Below, piece by piece: positions 1 through 10,330 of a stretch of 64,000 bases of DNA; position 1 is the first letter of the stretch, and the number at the start of each line of letters is the position of its first letter. The translations under genes were made by a program, and so were the position numbers. The notes under the pieces were generated by a model. It was not told the DNA's origin and ran no database searches. It saw only the letters and a list, made by a program, of their open reading frames with translations. This stretch comes from Chthoniobacteraceae bacterium (GTDB taxonomy: Bacteria; Verrucomicrobiota; Verrucomicrobiia; Chthoniobacterales; Chthoniobacteraceae): positions 1-64,000 of the forward strand of contig JBBCKI010000031.1 of NCBI GenBank assembly GCA_037190965.1, given 5' to 3'.

Positions 1-1
1 G

Positions 2-149
2 AGACTGTGTGAAAACTCCAAGTATGCTCGATTCTGAAAAACTCCGACGCTCATATTTGCCCTACACGGCCTGTTTCGAAGGAGGGCAATGATTTATCAT
101 TCCCAAAAATCGAGCATTTTACGACGAAATTAGAGTTTTCACACAGTCT
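2..149. mobile_element. MITE-like element with perfect 17-bp terminal inverted repeats
   Basis: AGACTGTGTGAAAACTC (2-18) and GAGTTTTCACACAGTCT (133-149) are exact reverse complements around a non-coding AT-richer core. Ends resemble IS1182-like termini from memory; no transposase present. Confidence 0.6.
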
Positions 150-236
150 GTGGAGTTTGGGAACGAGAGAACGAGGAAAAAGAGCGCTACCGCGCGATGG
201 GAAGACGCTTGCCACGCCCTCTCCCGCCACGCAAAC

Positions 237-599
237 CTACGCCGCGAAGCTCTCGCCGCAGGAACAATGCGCCACGGCGTTGGGGTTGGTGACTTTGAAG
301 CCACCTTTTTGCAAATCGTCGCTGTAGTCGAGCAGGGAGCCGCTGACGAAGAGCGCGCTCTTGGGATCGACGACAACGTTCACGTTCTGCGAAGAGACAA
401 GGATGTCGCGGTTGGCGGGGCCGTCCACGAGATCCATCTTGTATTGCAACCCGGAGCAACCGCCTCCGATGACGGCGACGCGGAGCGCGCCGTTGGGGCG
501 GCCCTGCCGCGTGAGCAACGAGGTGAGCTTGCGCGCGGCGTCTTCCGTCACGCGCACCAGCTTCTCGTTACCGATCTTGTATTTGATCTCAGGCTGCAT
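237..599 (-). CDS. HesB/IscA-family Fe-S cluster assembly accessory protein
   Basis: GGGCSGLQY and C-terminal CSCGESF motifs. Confidence 0.92.
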   Translation of the reverse strand: MQPEIKYKIGNEKLVRVTEDAARKLTSLLTRQGRPNGALRVAVIGGGCSGLQYKMDLVDGPANRDILVSSQNVNVVVDPKSALFVSGSLLDYSDDLQKGGFKVTNPNAVAHCSCGESFAA

Positions 600-610
600 C
601 TCTTGAGACT

Positions 611-1864
611 CTACCCCTCAAACGCCTTGGCGACCAGCGTGGCGTTGTGCCCGCCGAAACCGAAGGAGTTGTTCACGGCCACGCGCACCTTGTGCTCACG
701 GGCAGTGTGAGGAACGTAGTCGAGATCGCACTCGGGGTCCGGGCAGTCGAGGTTGATGGTCGGCGGGACGATCCCTTCGCGGATCGCCATGATGCACGCC
801 GCCATTTCCACGGCTCCGGCTGCTCCCAGGAGGTGCCCGGTCATTGACTTCGTGGAGGAAACGACGAGCCCGTTCTTGGCGCGGTCGCCAAAGACGGCTT
901 TGATCGCCTTCGTCTCGCAAATATCGCCCAGCCCGGTGGAGGTGCCGTGCGCGTTGACGTAATCGACCGATTCGGGAGCGATCCCCGCTTTTTCGAGCGC
1001 CATCTGCATACAACGGGCCGCGCCTTCGCCTTCGGGGAGCGGGGAGGTCATGTGGTAGGCGTCGGCGCTCAGGCCGTAGCCGGAAAGCTCCGCATAAATT
1101 CGTGCCCCACGGCGTTTGGCGTGCTCAAGCTCCTCAATGACGAGGACGCCCGCGCCTTCGCCCATGACGAAGCCGTCGCGATCCTTGTCGAAGGGCCGCG
1201 AAGCGCGCTCAGGCTCATCATTGCGGGTGCTCAGCGCCTTCATGGCGGCAAACCCGCCGATACCGATCGGAACGACGGTCGCTTCCGCACCGCCACAGAG
1301 AAAGACGTCTGCATCGCCATGCTGGATCATCCGCCATGCTTCGCCGATGGCATGACAAGCGGTGGCGCAGGCGGAAACGGTGGCAAAGTTCGGACCCGCC
1401 AGCCCGTATTCCATGGAAACGAGCCCGCTCGCCATGTTACTGATCATCATCGGGATCATGAACGGCGAAATGCGCCCCGGCCCCTTGTTGAACATGGTGT
1501 GCATCTGGTCGCTCAGCGTCTTAAGGCCGCCGATGCCGCTGCCAATCACCACGCCGAAACGGTTGCGATCCACGGCTTCCAGGTCAATCCCCGAGTCCGC
1601 AAACGCCATCTTGGCCGCCGCCATTCCGAACTGGGTGTAACGGTCGGTGCGCCGGACATCCTTCGGGTTATTGAAGAAAGGGGTCGGGTTGAAATCCTTC
1701 ACCTCGCCGGCGATATGGCAGTCGTGACCGGTCAGGTCGAAAGCCGTAATCCGGCCGACGCCGCTCTTGCCGCCTTTGATCGATTCCCAAAACGACGGCA
1801 GGTTGTTTCCGACGGGGGTGACGACCCCGATTCCGGTGATGACGACTTTACGGTCTGTGGGCAT
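611..1864 (-). CDS. fabF: Beta-ketoacyl-ACP synthase II
   Basis: VVITGIG, SACAT (catalytic Cys), NAHGTST, KSMTGHLLGAAG, NSFGFGG. Start placed at MPTDRK. Confidence 0.95.
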   Translation of the reverse strand: MPTDRKVVITGIGVVTPVGNNLPSFWESIKGGKSGVGRITAFDLTGHDCHIAGEVKDFNPTPFFNNPKDVRRTDRYTQFGMAAAKMAFADSGIDLEAVDRNRFGVVIGSGIGGLKTLSDQMHTMFNKGPGRISPFMIPMMISNMASGLVSMEYGLAGPNFATVSACATACHAIGEAWRMIQHGDADVFLCGGAEATVVPIGIGGFAAMKALSTRNDEPERASRPFDKDRDGFVMGEGAGVLVIEELEHAKRRGARIYAELSGYGLSADAYHMTSPLPEGEGAARCMQMALEKAGIAPESVDYVNAHGTSTGLGDICETKAIKAVFGDRAKNGLVVSSTKSMTGHLLGAAGAVEMAACIMAIREGIVPPTINLDCPDPECDLDYVPHTAREHKVRVAVNNSFGFGGHNATLVAKAFEG

Positions 1865-1941
1865 AAGCGGGTTATCCTTCACATGCCCCACGAAGGATGC
1901 AACCGAAATTCGCTTTCAACCGCATGGAAACCCTCCCAATT

Positions 1942-3342
1942 TCACCCCTCCAGCGAGGGCTTGGTCATCCGCGCGGGGCTTAGCGCGCGTTCCAACTCCT
2001 TCGCCGGCAGAATCTCCCGTTCATGGCAGATTTCACGGATCGTCTTTCCGGTCCGCTCGCTCTCCTTCGCGATTTCCGCCGCTCGATCGTAGCCGATGAT
2101 CGGCACCAGCGCCGTAACCATCGCCATGGAGTGCTCCACATAGGAGCTGCATTGCTCCGGGTTGGCCTCGATGCCATCCACGCACCGGAGACGGAACGCT
2201 TCGCAGGCGTTGGTGAGGAGCCGGATCGACTCCAACAGATTGTGCGCGAGCACCGGCATCATCGTGTTGAGCTCGAAATTGCCGTTGGCCCCGGCCCAGG
2301 TGATAGTCGTGTCGTTGCCGATCACCTGCGCGCACACCTGCATAAGCACTTCGCTCATCACCGGATTCACCTTCCCCGGCATGATGGAACTGCCCGGTTG
2401 CGTGGCAGGGAGCGAGATCTCGGCAATCCCGCAGCGCGGACCGCTGGCGAGCCACCGGATGTCGTTGGCGACCTTGAAAAGCGCGACGGCGATGGTCTTG
2501 AGCTGCCCGCTCGCCTGGACAAGCCCGTCTTTGGCCGATTGCGCCTCGAAGTGGTTCCGTGCCTCGCGAAAGGCGATGCCGGTCTGGTTCCAAAGGTGAT
2601 GCATCACCTTCGCGGGAAAATCGGGATGACTGTTGATGCCGGTGCCCACGGCGGTGCCCCCCAACGGAAGCTCCTCGATGGCGGCGATGGCGTTGCCCGC
2701 GCGGAGGCGCGAGAATTCCACCTGCCGGGCGTAGCCGCTGAATTCCTGCCCCAGCCGGATCGGCGTGGCGTCCATCAGGTGGGTACGCCCGATTTTGATG
2801 ATGTCCCAGAATTCGAGCGCCTTGCGCTCCAGCGAATCGTGCAACTGCTCCAGCGCGGGCATCAACCCATTGCGCAGCCCCTCGCCCACGGCGATGTGAA
2901 TGACCGTGGGGATGACGTCGTTGCTCGATTGCCCCATGTTCACGTGATCGTTGGGGTGAACGGGATCGCGCGAACCGATCGCCTTGCCCGCGAGTTGGGA
3001 GCAACGGTTGGCGAGCACCTCGTTGGCGTTCATGTTGGTGCTCGTCCCAGAGCCGGTCTGGAACACATCCACGGGGAAATGCTCGTCAAGCTTGCCCTCC
3101 ATCATCTCCTCGGCAGCCTGCGAGATGAATCCCGCGCGGCGTTCGTCAAGCAGTTCCAGTTCCAGGTTCGCCTCGGCGGCGGCCCATTTGACCAACCCGA
3201 GAGCGCGAATGAACTCCCGGCCAAACCGATACCCCGAGATGGGGAAATTCAAAACCGCCCTCTGGGTGGAGGCCCCATAAAGCGCATCGCCGGGGACCTC
3301 CATAGGACCCATCGAATCGCGCTCGATCCGTGTCTTGGTCAT
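1942..3342 (-). CDS. fumC: Class II fumarate hydratase
   Basis: RIERDSMG, QTGSGTSTNMN, GRTHLMDA and GSSIMPGKVNP signature. Confidence 0.95.
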   Translation of the reverse strand: MTKTRIERDSMGPMEVPGDALYGASTQRAVLNFPISGYRFGREFIRALGLVKWAAAEANLELELLDERRAGFISQAAEEMMEGKLDEHFPVDVFQTGSGTSTNMNANEVLANRCSQLAGKAIGSRDPVHPNDHVNMGQSSNDVIPTVIHIAVGEGLRNGLMPALEQLHDSLERKALEFWDIIKIGRTHLMDATPIRLGQEFSGYARQVEFSRLRAGNAIAAIEELPLGGTAVGTGINSHPDFPAKVMHHLWNQTGIAFREARNHFEAQSAKDGLVQASGQLKTIAVALFKVANDIRWLASGPRCGIAEISLPATQPGSSIMPGKVNPVMSEVLMQVCAQVIGNDTTITWAGANGNFELNTMMPVLAHNLLESIRLLTNACEAFRLRCVDGIEANPEQCSSYVEHSMAMVTALVPIIGYDRAAEIAKESERTGKTIREICHEREILPAKELERALSPARMTKPSLEG

Positions 3343-3418
3343 AGGCTTCTAGGCTTCAGGATTACCGTTTCAGATTGAACCGACTTTGGGTTGAAAGGAA
3401 AGCTGATTTTAGGTTGGA

Positions 3419-3512
3419 CCCGAAAACCGGGGTTGGAGCGGATAAGCTGGCGCAAGAGGCATCGCGGCCAGCAAATTGCGTCAGATCGCCGCGATCAACT
3501 TCGGTTCTCGGG
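3419..3512. repeat. Outer inverted-repeat element (family C), short core
   Basis: CCCGAAAACCGGGGTTGGAGCGG ... CCGCGATCAACTTCGGTTCTCGGG. Both arms recur at 59975-60334 and 36224-36456. Confidence 0.65.
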
Positions 3513-5450
3513 TTAAGGGTTCTTCAATAGTCGCAATGCATTGGCGATGACCAGGAGCGTGGCCCCGGTATCGGCGGCAATGGCCATCCAGAGGGTGGCG
3601 TACCCGGTAAGCGCAAGAAGGAGGAAGACCGCTTTGAGCGCAAGCGCGAAGACGATGTTGGCCCGGATGATCCGCATCGTGCGCCTTCCCAGCCGGACGG
3701 CTTCGGCGACTTTGCCGAGATCATCGTGCATCAACGCGATGTCGGCGGTTTCGAGCGCGGTATCCGTGCCCTTCCCCATGGCGATTCCCACGCTGGCCGC
3801 CGCGAGGGCAGGGGCGTCATTGACACCATCGCCGATCATCCCGACGACGCCATGCTCCGCCATGAGCGCCCTGACGCACTCGGTCTTCTTCTCCGGGAGG
3901 AGATCGCCGAAGGCATCGTCGATTCCCGCTTTCCGGGCAATGGCGCTGACGGTTCGCGAGTTATCCCCGCTCAACATGACGACCGGCCTGACCCCGAGGC
4001 GATGCAACTCGGCGAGAGCGGCAGGGGCATGCTCGCGGAGAGCATCGCTGATAGCGAGAATCCCGAGCACTTCGCCCCGGCAGTCGGCATGGGGCCGGTG
4101 ACCTACAACGACCACCGACTGCGCCTCCTCCTCGATCCCGGCGAGGTGCCGCTCGATTTCCGGCGAGCAGACCGCCATCTCGTGCGTGAACCGGTGATTG
4201 CCGACGAAGTAATGATGCCCGTCGATGACCGCCTCCGCCCCCTGTCCGCCGCTGGCCTGGTATTGCTCGCCGCGCGGGAAGGCGATCCCGCGCTCCCGGG
4301 CGTAGCTCACAACGGCTTGCGCGAGCGGGTGGGGGGAATGCACGTCAATCGCGGCGGCGATCCGCACGATCTCCTCCTCGCCGGAAGCACCGGCATTGGA
4401 ATTGATTTGGACCACGCGGGTGACCGCCGGTTTTCCCACGGTGATCGTCCCGGTCTTGTCGACCGCCAGCGCGTTGAGCTTCCCGATGGATTCGAGCGCC
4501 GCGCCTCCCTTGATCAGGACACCCCGCCGCGCCATCGCCGTAAGGCCCGAGACGATGGAGACAGGCGTGGCGATGACCAGCGCGCACGGGCAGGCGATCA
4601 CCAGAAGAACCAGCCCCCGGTAAAACCAGTCGGCCCAGACGGCGCTCCCTCCGCCAAGGAGGAGCGGGGGAATCACCGCGACCGTAACCGCCGCGATCAC
4701 CACCGCCGGGGTGTAATGATGGGCAAAGCGGTCGATGAACCGTTGCGTCGGGGCTTTGTGCGCCTGCGCTTCCTCGACAAGATGGACAATCCTGGCCAGC
4801 GTGGTGTCGTCGCTGGGGCGGGTGGTGCGGATTTCAAGCGATCCAGCGCCGTTGATCGTCCCGGCAAACACGGGATCCCCCGGCTTTTTATCCACGGGAA
4901 CCGACTCGCCCGTGATGGGGGCCTGATCCACGGTGGAATGCCCGGCGGCGATCACGCCGTCGAGCGGAATTCGCGAACCGGACCGGATCGCGACGACGGA
5001 GCCGATGGCAACCGTGTTCACCGGGACTTCGCGAAAGTCGGCCTCCTCTTTCAGCAACGCCGTTTCCGGGGCAAGCTGCATCAACGCCCGGACAGCGTGA
5101 CGCGCCCGGTCGAGGCTGGCGGCCTCCAGCAGCTCGGAGAGGGCAAAGAGAAACGTCACGGCGGCTCCTTCGGCCCATTCGCCGATCACCAGCGCGCCAG
5201 CCACCGCGAAACTCATGAGGACGTTCATGTCGAACGCGCGGCGGCGCACGGCGCTCCAGGCCTTGGGGAAAACGATTGACCCGCCCGCCAAGATCGCGAC
5301 GGCAAAGGCAACGGCGGCGACGGGCTCCCGCGCGGTGTGCTCCAAGATCAGTCCGAGACCCGCAAAAAGGCCTGAGATTGCCACGGCCACCCGCATTCCC
5401 GTTTCCTGGCTCTCTTCGGAAGAACATCCGCATGCGGCTTCGTGTTTCAT
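3513..5450 (-). CDS. Heavy-metal translocating P1B-type ATPase (Zn/Cd-like)
   Basis: TGES, CPC, DKTGT, HP and GDGVNDAP motifs; short His/Cys N-terminus instead of an HMA domain. Confidence 0.92.
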   Translation of the reverse strand: MKHEAACGCSSEESQETGMRVAVAISGLFAGLGLILEHTAREPVAAVAFAVAILAGGSIVFPKAWSAVRRRAFDMNVLMSFAVAGALVIGEWAEGAAVTFLFALSELLEAASLDRARHAVRALMQLAPETALLKEEADFREVPVNTVAIGSVVAIRSGSRIPLDGVIAAGHSTVDQAPITGESVPVDKKPGDPVFAGTINGAGSLEIRTTRPSDDTTLARIVHLVEEAQAHKAPTQRFIDRFAHHYTPAVVIAAVTVAVIPPLLLGGGSAVWADWFYRGLVLLVIACPCALVIATPVSIVSGLTAMARRGVLIKGGAALESIGKLNALAVDKTGTITVGKPAVTRVVQINSNAGASGEEEIVRIAAAIDVHSPHPLAQAVVSYARERGIAFPRGEQYQASGGQGAEAVIDGHHYFVGNHRFTHEMAVCSPEIERHLAGIEEEAQSVVVVGHRPHADCRGEVLGILAISDALREHAPAALAELHRLGVRPVVMLSGDNSRTVSAIARKAGIDDAFGDLLPEKKTECVRALMAEHGVVGMIGDGVNDAPALAAASVGIAMGKGTDTALETADIALMHDDLGKVAEAVRLGRRTMRIIRANIVFALALKAVFLLLALTGYATLWMAIAADTGATLLVIANALRLLKNP

Positions 5451-5598
5451 ACTGTGGCTGGAGGAAGATTACCCTGTATCCCCGGCGGGATCAACCCGTG
5501 CGAGCGGCGCAGAAGAGGCCTGGCGCACGATTTTACGAAGGGAATCGCTGATTAAATGGAGCATGCCGAAAGCAGCGGTTCCCAAAAGGAGGAAGATT

Positions 5599-6087
5599 AT
5601 GGCTTTTTTACCCAATACGACCAGCCGCGTGACTCGGAGTACGGAGCGCCGAGTCAATGAACGGATTCAAAGCGCGGTGCAAAAGAACGTTGAGCGTTAC
5701 TGCGGCTCGGATTCGGAAACCATCTCCAAGCGGCTCGAAGAGCTCGATGCGGAGTGGGATGTGGAACGGGTGATCGAGACCGCCTCGGCATCTCATATCA
5801 TCCTCGGCCTCGTTCTCGGCTCGACGCTCGACCGCCGCTGGTTTGGGTGGTCGTTCTTCGTGGCGGGCTTTTTGCTGATCCACGCGCTCTTCGGCTGGTT
5901 CCCCGCGTTGCCGATGCTGCGACGCCTGGGCTTCCGCACCGAAGCGGAAATCGAAGAGGAACGCGACGCCCTCCGTATCATGCGCGGTGATTACAGGCCG
6001 ACCGACAACCCCCGCGAAGCGCTGGCGCAGGCCCGTCTGAGCCTCGGGCCGTCGCTGACCGGCTCAACCATCTCGGATACGAAATAG
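5599..6087 (+). CDS. DUF2892-like membrane protein
   Basis: AGGAGG RBS before ATG 5599; EWDVERV, two TM segments, RRLGFRTEAEI pattern. Confidence 0.7.
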   Translation: MAFLPNTTSRVTRSTERRVNERIQSAVQKNVERYCGSDSETISKRLEELDAEWDVERVIETASASHIILGLVLGSTLDRRWFGWSFFVAGFLLIHALFGWFPALPMLRRLGFRTEAEIEEERDALRIMRGDYRPTDNPREALAQARLSLGPSLTGSTISDTK

Positions 6088-6093
6088 CGAGGC

Positions 6094-6210
6094 TTGACGG
6101 CAGGCTCGCGCGGCTTATCTTGACGACAGCCACTCGTGCGGAGCGATGGCGGGTACCAAGCCCGTAGCTCCGGAACGCGTGGCTTTCGTGTTTTAAAGAC
6201 ACAGGAAGGC
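6094..6210 (+). promoter_or_regulatory. Putative sigma70-like promoter and structured 5' leader
   Basis: TTGACG-N16-TATCTT, then a 57-nt interrupted hairpin (6128-6184) and a small GTGTTTTAAAGACAC hairpin. Confidence 0.45.
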
Positions 6211-6245
6211 GCGCGGCAACCCTCGTTAAACCCGCAAACACCTTC

Positions 6246-7232
6246 ATGAAAAACGCCTCCTCGACTTCCGGCCCCGTATCCGCCTTCATCGACACCCACT
6301 ACCGGCACTTCAACGCTGCCGCGCTCAAGGATGCCGCCATCGGCTATCGCGCCCACCTCGAAAACGGGGGAGCCATGTTCCTGACGCTGGCGGGAGCGAT
6401 GAGCACGGCGGAACTGGGCGTTTCTCTGGCCGAGATGATTCGGCAGGGGAAGGTCGATGCCATTTGCTGTACCGGGGCGAACCTGGAGGAGGATGTGTTC
6501 AACCTCGTCGCGCACGAACACTACGAACGGCTCCCCAATTACCGCGATCTCACCCCGGAGGACGAGAAAGCTTTGCTCGACCGCCACCTCAACCGCGTGA
6601 CTGACACCTGCATCCCCGAGCACGAGGCGATGAGGCGGATCGAAAAGGCGGTGCTGGAGGAATGGATGGCCGCCGATGCCGCAGGCGAACGCCGTTTCCC
6701 GCATGAATTTCTCTACCGCATCCTGCTCAGCGGAAAACTGGAGCCCCAGATCGACCCTCGCGACAGTTGGCTTCTGGCAGCGGCGGAGCGCAACCTGCCG
6801 ATGTTTGTGCCGGGGTGGGAGGATTCCACGCTGGGGAACATGTACGCCGGGCACTGCATCGGCGGCACGATCAGGAATGTCCATACCGTGCGCACCGGCA
6901 TCGAGGCGATGATGGCGCTGGCTGGATGGTATCAGGAGGTCGCGCCGCAGCGCAGCGTCGGGTTCTTCCAGATCGGCGGCGGGATCGCGGGCGATTTCCC
7001 GATCTGCGTGGTGCCGATGCTCCATCAGGATTTACAGCGCACCGACGCACCGCTTTGGGGATACTTCTGCCAGATCAGCGATTCGACCACCAGCTACGGC
7101 TCCTACTCGGGCGCGGTGCCGAACGAGAAGATTACCTGGGGCAAGCTCGGGGTGGATACACCGAAGTTTGTCATCGAGTCGGACGCCTCGATTGTCGCGC
7201 CGCTCATTTTCGCGTATATCCTCGGACTCTAG
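6246..7232 (+). CDS. Deoxyhypusine synthase family protein
   Basis: TLAGAMSTAE, TGANLEED, QIGGGIAGD, GSYSGAVPNEKITWGK. Confidence 0.9.
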   Translation: MKNASSTSGPVSAFIDTHYRHFNAAALKDAAIGYRAHLENGGAMFLTLAGAMSTAELGVSLAEMIRQGKVDAICCTGANLEEDVFNLVAHEHYERLPNYRDLTPEDEKALLDRHLNRVTDTCIPEHEAMRRIEKAVLEEWMAADAAGERRFPHEFLYRILLSGKLEPQIDPRDSWLLAAAERNLPMFVPGWEDSTLGNMYAGHCIGGTIRNVHTVRTGIEAMMALAGWYQEVAPQRSVGFFQIGGGIAGDFPICVVPMLHQDLQRTDAPLWGYFCQISDSTTSYGSYSGAVPNEKITWGKLGVDTPKFVIESDASIVAPLIFAYILGL

Positions 7233-7241
7233 TTTAGAATT

Positions 7242-8231
7242 ATGTGGGAAAATCAACGTGTTCTGGTCACCGGCGGGGCGGGCTTTATCGGCAGCGCTCT
7301 GGTTTGGGAACTCAACCGGCGGGGGTGCGAGGAGATCGTCATCGCCGATCTGCTGGGGACTTCCGCAAAATGGCGCAATCTCGTGCCGCTCCGGTTTGCG
7401 GACTATCTTGAAGCCGACGATCTCCGCCCACGGCTGCAATCCGGCGCGTTGGGGAAATTCGACGCAATCTTCCATCTTGGCGCCTGTTCCGCGACGACCG
7501 AACAGGACGCCTCTTACCTGATCCGCAACAACTTCGAGTTCACCAAGGACCTCGCCACCCACGCGCTCGCGAGCGAAGCGCGGTTTGTCTACGCCTCCTC
7601 CGCCGCCACCTATGGCGACGGGGCCCAGGGGATGAGCGACCGGGAGGAAATCGACGCTCTGCGCCCTCTCAACATGTATGGCTACAGCAAGCATCTCTTC
7701 GATCTCCACGCGCGCCGGCAGGGATGGCTGGGAACAATCGCGGGGCTGAAATATTTCAACGTCTTCGGCCCCAATGAAGACCACAAGGACGAGATGCGGA
7801 GCGTGGTGCACAAGAGCTTCGCGCAGGTTCGCGACGAAGGGGTGATCCGCCTCTTCAAGAGCCACCGCCCCGATTATCACGATGGAGAGCAGAAGCGTGA
7901 TTTTCTCTACGTCAAAGACGCGGTGAAGATGACGCTCGCCGTGGCGGAACGCCGCGACGCCAGCGGCTCCGGCCTTTTCAACATCGGCTCAGGAAAGGCG
8001 CATTCATGGAACCAACTTGCCACGGCCGTTTTCAAGGCGCTCGAGCGGCAACCGTGCATCGAATACATCGAGATGCCTGAGGTCCTGCGAGAGAAATACC
8101 AGTATTACACCTGCGCCGATATCGGGAAGCTGCGGGAAGCCGGGTACGCCGAAGCGCTCACGCCGCTGGAAGAGGCCGTCAGGGATTACGTGCTCAACTA
8201 CCTCATTCCCGACGGTCGTTTGGGGAACTAG
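7242..8231 (+). CDS. rfaD: ADP-L-glycero-D-manno-heptose 6-epimerase
   Basis: TGGAGFIGS, HLGACSATTE, ASSAATYG, PLNMYGYSK, YFNVFGPNEDHK. Confidence 0.92.
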   Translation: MWENQRVLVTGGAGFIGSALVWELNRRGCEEIVIADLLGTSAKWRNLVPLRFADYLEADDLRPRLQSGALGKFDAIFHLGACSATTEQDASYLIRNNFEFTKDLATHALASEARFVYASSAATYGDGAQGMSDREEIDALRPLNMYGYSKHLFDLHARRQGWLGTIAGLKYFNVFGPNEDHKDEMRSVVHKSFAQVRDEGVIRLFKSHRPDYHDGEQKRDFLYVKDAVKMTLAVAERRDASGSGLFNIGSGKAHSWNQLATAVFKALERQPCIEYIEMPEVLREKYQYYTCADIGKLREAGYAEALTPLEEAVRDYVLNYLIPDGRLGN

Positions 8232-8304
8232 TCCAACACCGTTCACGGCCGAAGGCCCATGCTTTTGCATGTTAGAGCGGATGAGCCGACGCAGGAGCGC
8301 GCAA

Positions 8305-8468
8305 GGTAGCCCGCTCGCGCCGCGAGCGCGGGATTGATGAAGAGCCGCGTTTTGCGTCCGTCCCCGTAGGACCGGCTATCGGTATTGGATTGGGAAGCGG
8401 CCCTCATGAAGCCACGAAGCCGATACCCGCGCTCGACGGCGCGAGCGGGCTACCGGTGCTGCCGCACC
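8305..8468. repeat. GTAG-type REP doublet (REPIN-like, family A)
   Basis: GGTAGCCCGCTCGCGCCGCGAGCGCGGG ... CCCGCGCTCGACGGCGCGAGCGGGCTACC plus GGTGCTGCCGCACC hairpin, between convergent genes. Confidence 0.8.
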
Positions 8469-8483
8469 GCCTGCTTCTTCGGG

Positions 8484-9554
8484 TTAATACCCCGCCACCT
8501 GCAACCCGCGCATGCATAGCCAGCCAAGCAGGCCGCTAACGGGCAGGGTGAGCACCCAAGCCCACATGATCCGATGGACGATGCCCCATTTCACCGCGCT
8601 CAACCGCTTGGTCGCACCCACCCCCATGATCGAGGTGGTGATGACGTGCGTGGTGGAAACCGGGATACCCATGTGGCTCGCGCCCTGGATAATGATGGCC
8701 GCCGTCGTCTCTGCCGCGAAGCCATGAACCGGCTGGAGGCGCACCATCTTATGCCCCATGGTGCGAATGATGCGCCAGCCGCCCGCCGCCGTGCCCGCCG
8801 CCATGGTGACCGCGCAGATGACGACGACCCAGGGAGCGACGACAAAGTTGGGGGTATGCAGGAAGTGAAGAGGACCGTCCTTCAGATGCTCGAACGCGCC
8901 CGCCTGCGTCCCCGTAAAGAGCGCGAGGGCGATGATCCCCATGGTTTTCTGGGCGTCGTTGGTCCCGTGGCTCAGGCCCATCCAGGCGGCGCTGACGAGT
9001 TGCAACTTGCCGAACACGCGCTGGATGATGAAAGGGCGCACCCTCGTCAGGCAGGCGGTCAGAATCAGCATCAACAGCGCCCCCAGCAGAAGCCCGAGAA
9101 GCGGGGAGGTGACCATCGGGATGACGATCTTGTGCCAGAGTCCTTCGTAGGTGTGTTTGACGGGGTCGAACACCGACCATTTAAGCACTCCCCAGTCACC
9201 TCGAGCGGAGGCAAGCGCCGCGCCGCAGAGGCCGCCGATAAGGGCATGGCTGGAGCTGGAGGGGAGGCCGAGCCACCACGTCACGAGATTCCAGATAATG
9301 GCCCCCAACAGCGCGGCCAGCACCGTGGCCATGGTGACCTCGTGCTGATCGACGATCCCCTTGCCGATGGTGGTGGCGACCGCCGTCCCGAGAAATGCCC
9401 CCAAAAGGTTGAAAAAAGCCGCTAGCATGATCGCCTGCCGGGGCGTCAGCACCTTGGTGGAGACGACCGTGGCAATCGCGTTGGCGGCATCATGGAACCC
9501 GTTGATGTACTCGAAGGCGAGCGCCATCAACAACACGAGCAGAAACAGCGTCAT
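8484..9554 (-). CDS. PiT-family inorganic phosphate transporter
   Basis: NGFHDAANAIAT, PSSSSHALIGG, HGTNDAQKTMG, PVSTTH. Confidence 0.92.
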   Translation of the reverse strand: MTLFLLVLLMALAFEYINGFHDAANAIATVVSTKVLTPRQAIMLAAFFNLLGAFLGTAVATTIGKGIVDQHEVTMATVLAALLGAIIWNLVTWWLGLPSSSSHALIGGLCGAALASARGDWGVLKWSVFDPVKHTYEGLWHKIVIPMVTSPLLGLLLGALLMLILTACLTRVRPFIIQRVFGKLQLVSAAWMGLSHGTNDAQKTMGIIALALFTGTQAGAFEHLKDGPLHFLHTPNFVVAPWVVVICAVTMAAGTAAGGWRIIRTMGHKMVRLQPVHGFAAETTAAIIIQGASHMGIPVSTTHVITTSIMGVGATKRLSAVKWGIVHRIMWAWVLTLPVSGLLGWLCMRGLQVAGY

Positions 9555-10192
9555 GAGTACTTGAGCACCACCTGGAAAACGACGTTGCCCGCGTCGCGGC
9601 ACCGGTCGATCGCTTTTTCGAGCAGTTCGTAAATGTCCTTATGGAAAATGGCGTCCTTGGCCTCCGCCGTGCCCTGGAAGAGCTCCCGCAGCAAAGCGAT
9701 CAAAAACTTGTCAGCATCGCCCTCAATCGACTGAAGGAGCGCGTAGTCGTCCTGAATCTCCTCGACATGAGGGTTTTTCCGCAACGCTTTGACCATGTTG
9801 ACCACGGTACCGATGGCCTGCTCCAGCATCGCGACCTGCTTGGCGACGCTCTCCGCGTGGTTGCTCAAAGGGCAGATCATGAGGCGTTCGCCGATCTTTT
9901 CCACCGTCTTGGGGAGCCGCGAAAGGGAGCTGGAGAGGGCTTCGATATCCTCGCGTTCCAGCGGCGTGATAAAGGTTTTGCACAGCTCGGTGGTGATCTC
10001 CTGGCTAATCCGCTTATGCTTGCGGCGGCTGTGGGCGATCTGCTCGATGGCATCCTGAAACGCCCGCTCATCGCTGAGTTTCGGCAGCACCTGGCCGAGA
10101 ATTGCCGCGCTGTGGCGGGCCTCTTCGGCGCTGGCCTCCAGCAAGTTATAGAACTTGTCATCGCGGCCCAAAAGCCGCTTGAGTGCTTTCAT
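9551..10192 (-). CDS. DUF47 / PhoU-like phosphate transport accessory protein
   Basis: TFITPLEREDI, EGDAD, LEKAIDRC motifs; overlaps the pit start. Confidence 0.88.
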   Translation of the reverse strand: MKALKRLLGRDDKFYNLLEASAEEARHSAAILGQVLPKLSDERAFQDAIEQIAHSRRKHKRISQEITTELCKTFITPLEREDIEALSSSLSRLPKTVEKIGERLMICPLSNHAESVAKQVAMLEQAIGTVVNMVKALRKNPHVEEIQDDYALLQSIEGDADKFLIALLRELFQGTAEAKDAIFHKDIYELLEKAIDRCRDAGNVVFQVVLKYS

Positions 10193-10330
10193 ATTCCTCG
10201 TGCTTACGGGGCAGCCGGGCTCGTGTAAAGCACGGGTTGAAGGCGATTTAGCTCTTTTTTTCGCCTACAGAGAGAGGGCGGCCCGCATGGGAATTTTGAG
10301 TGCACCCAAAAGCCGCCACACGAATTCGCT

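Noticed and set aside
947..5279. Long antisense ORFs opposite fabF, fumC and the P-type ATPase (and similar ones elsewhere)
   Set aside because: Typical high-GC shadow frames with no recognisable motifs.
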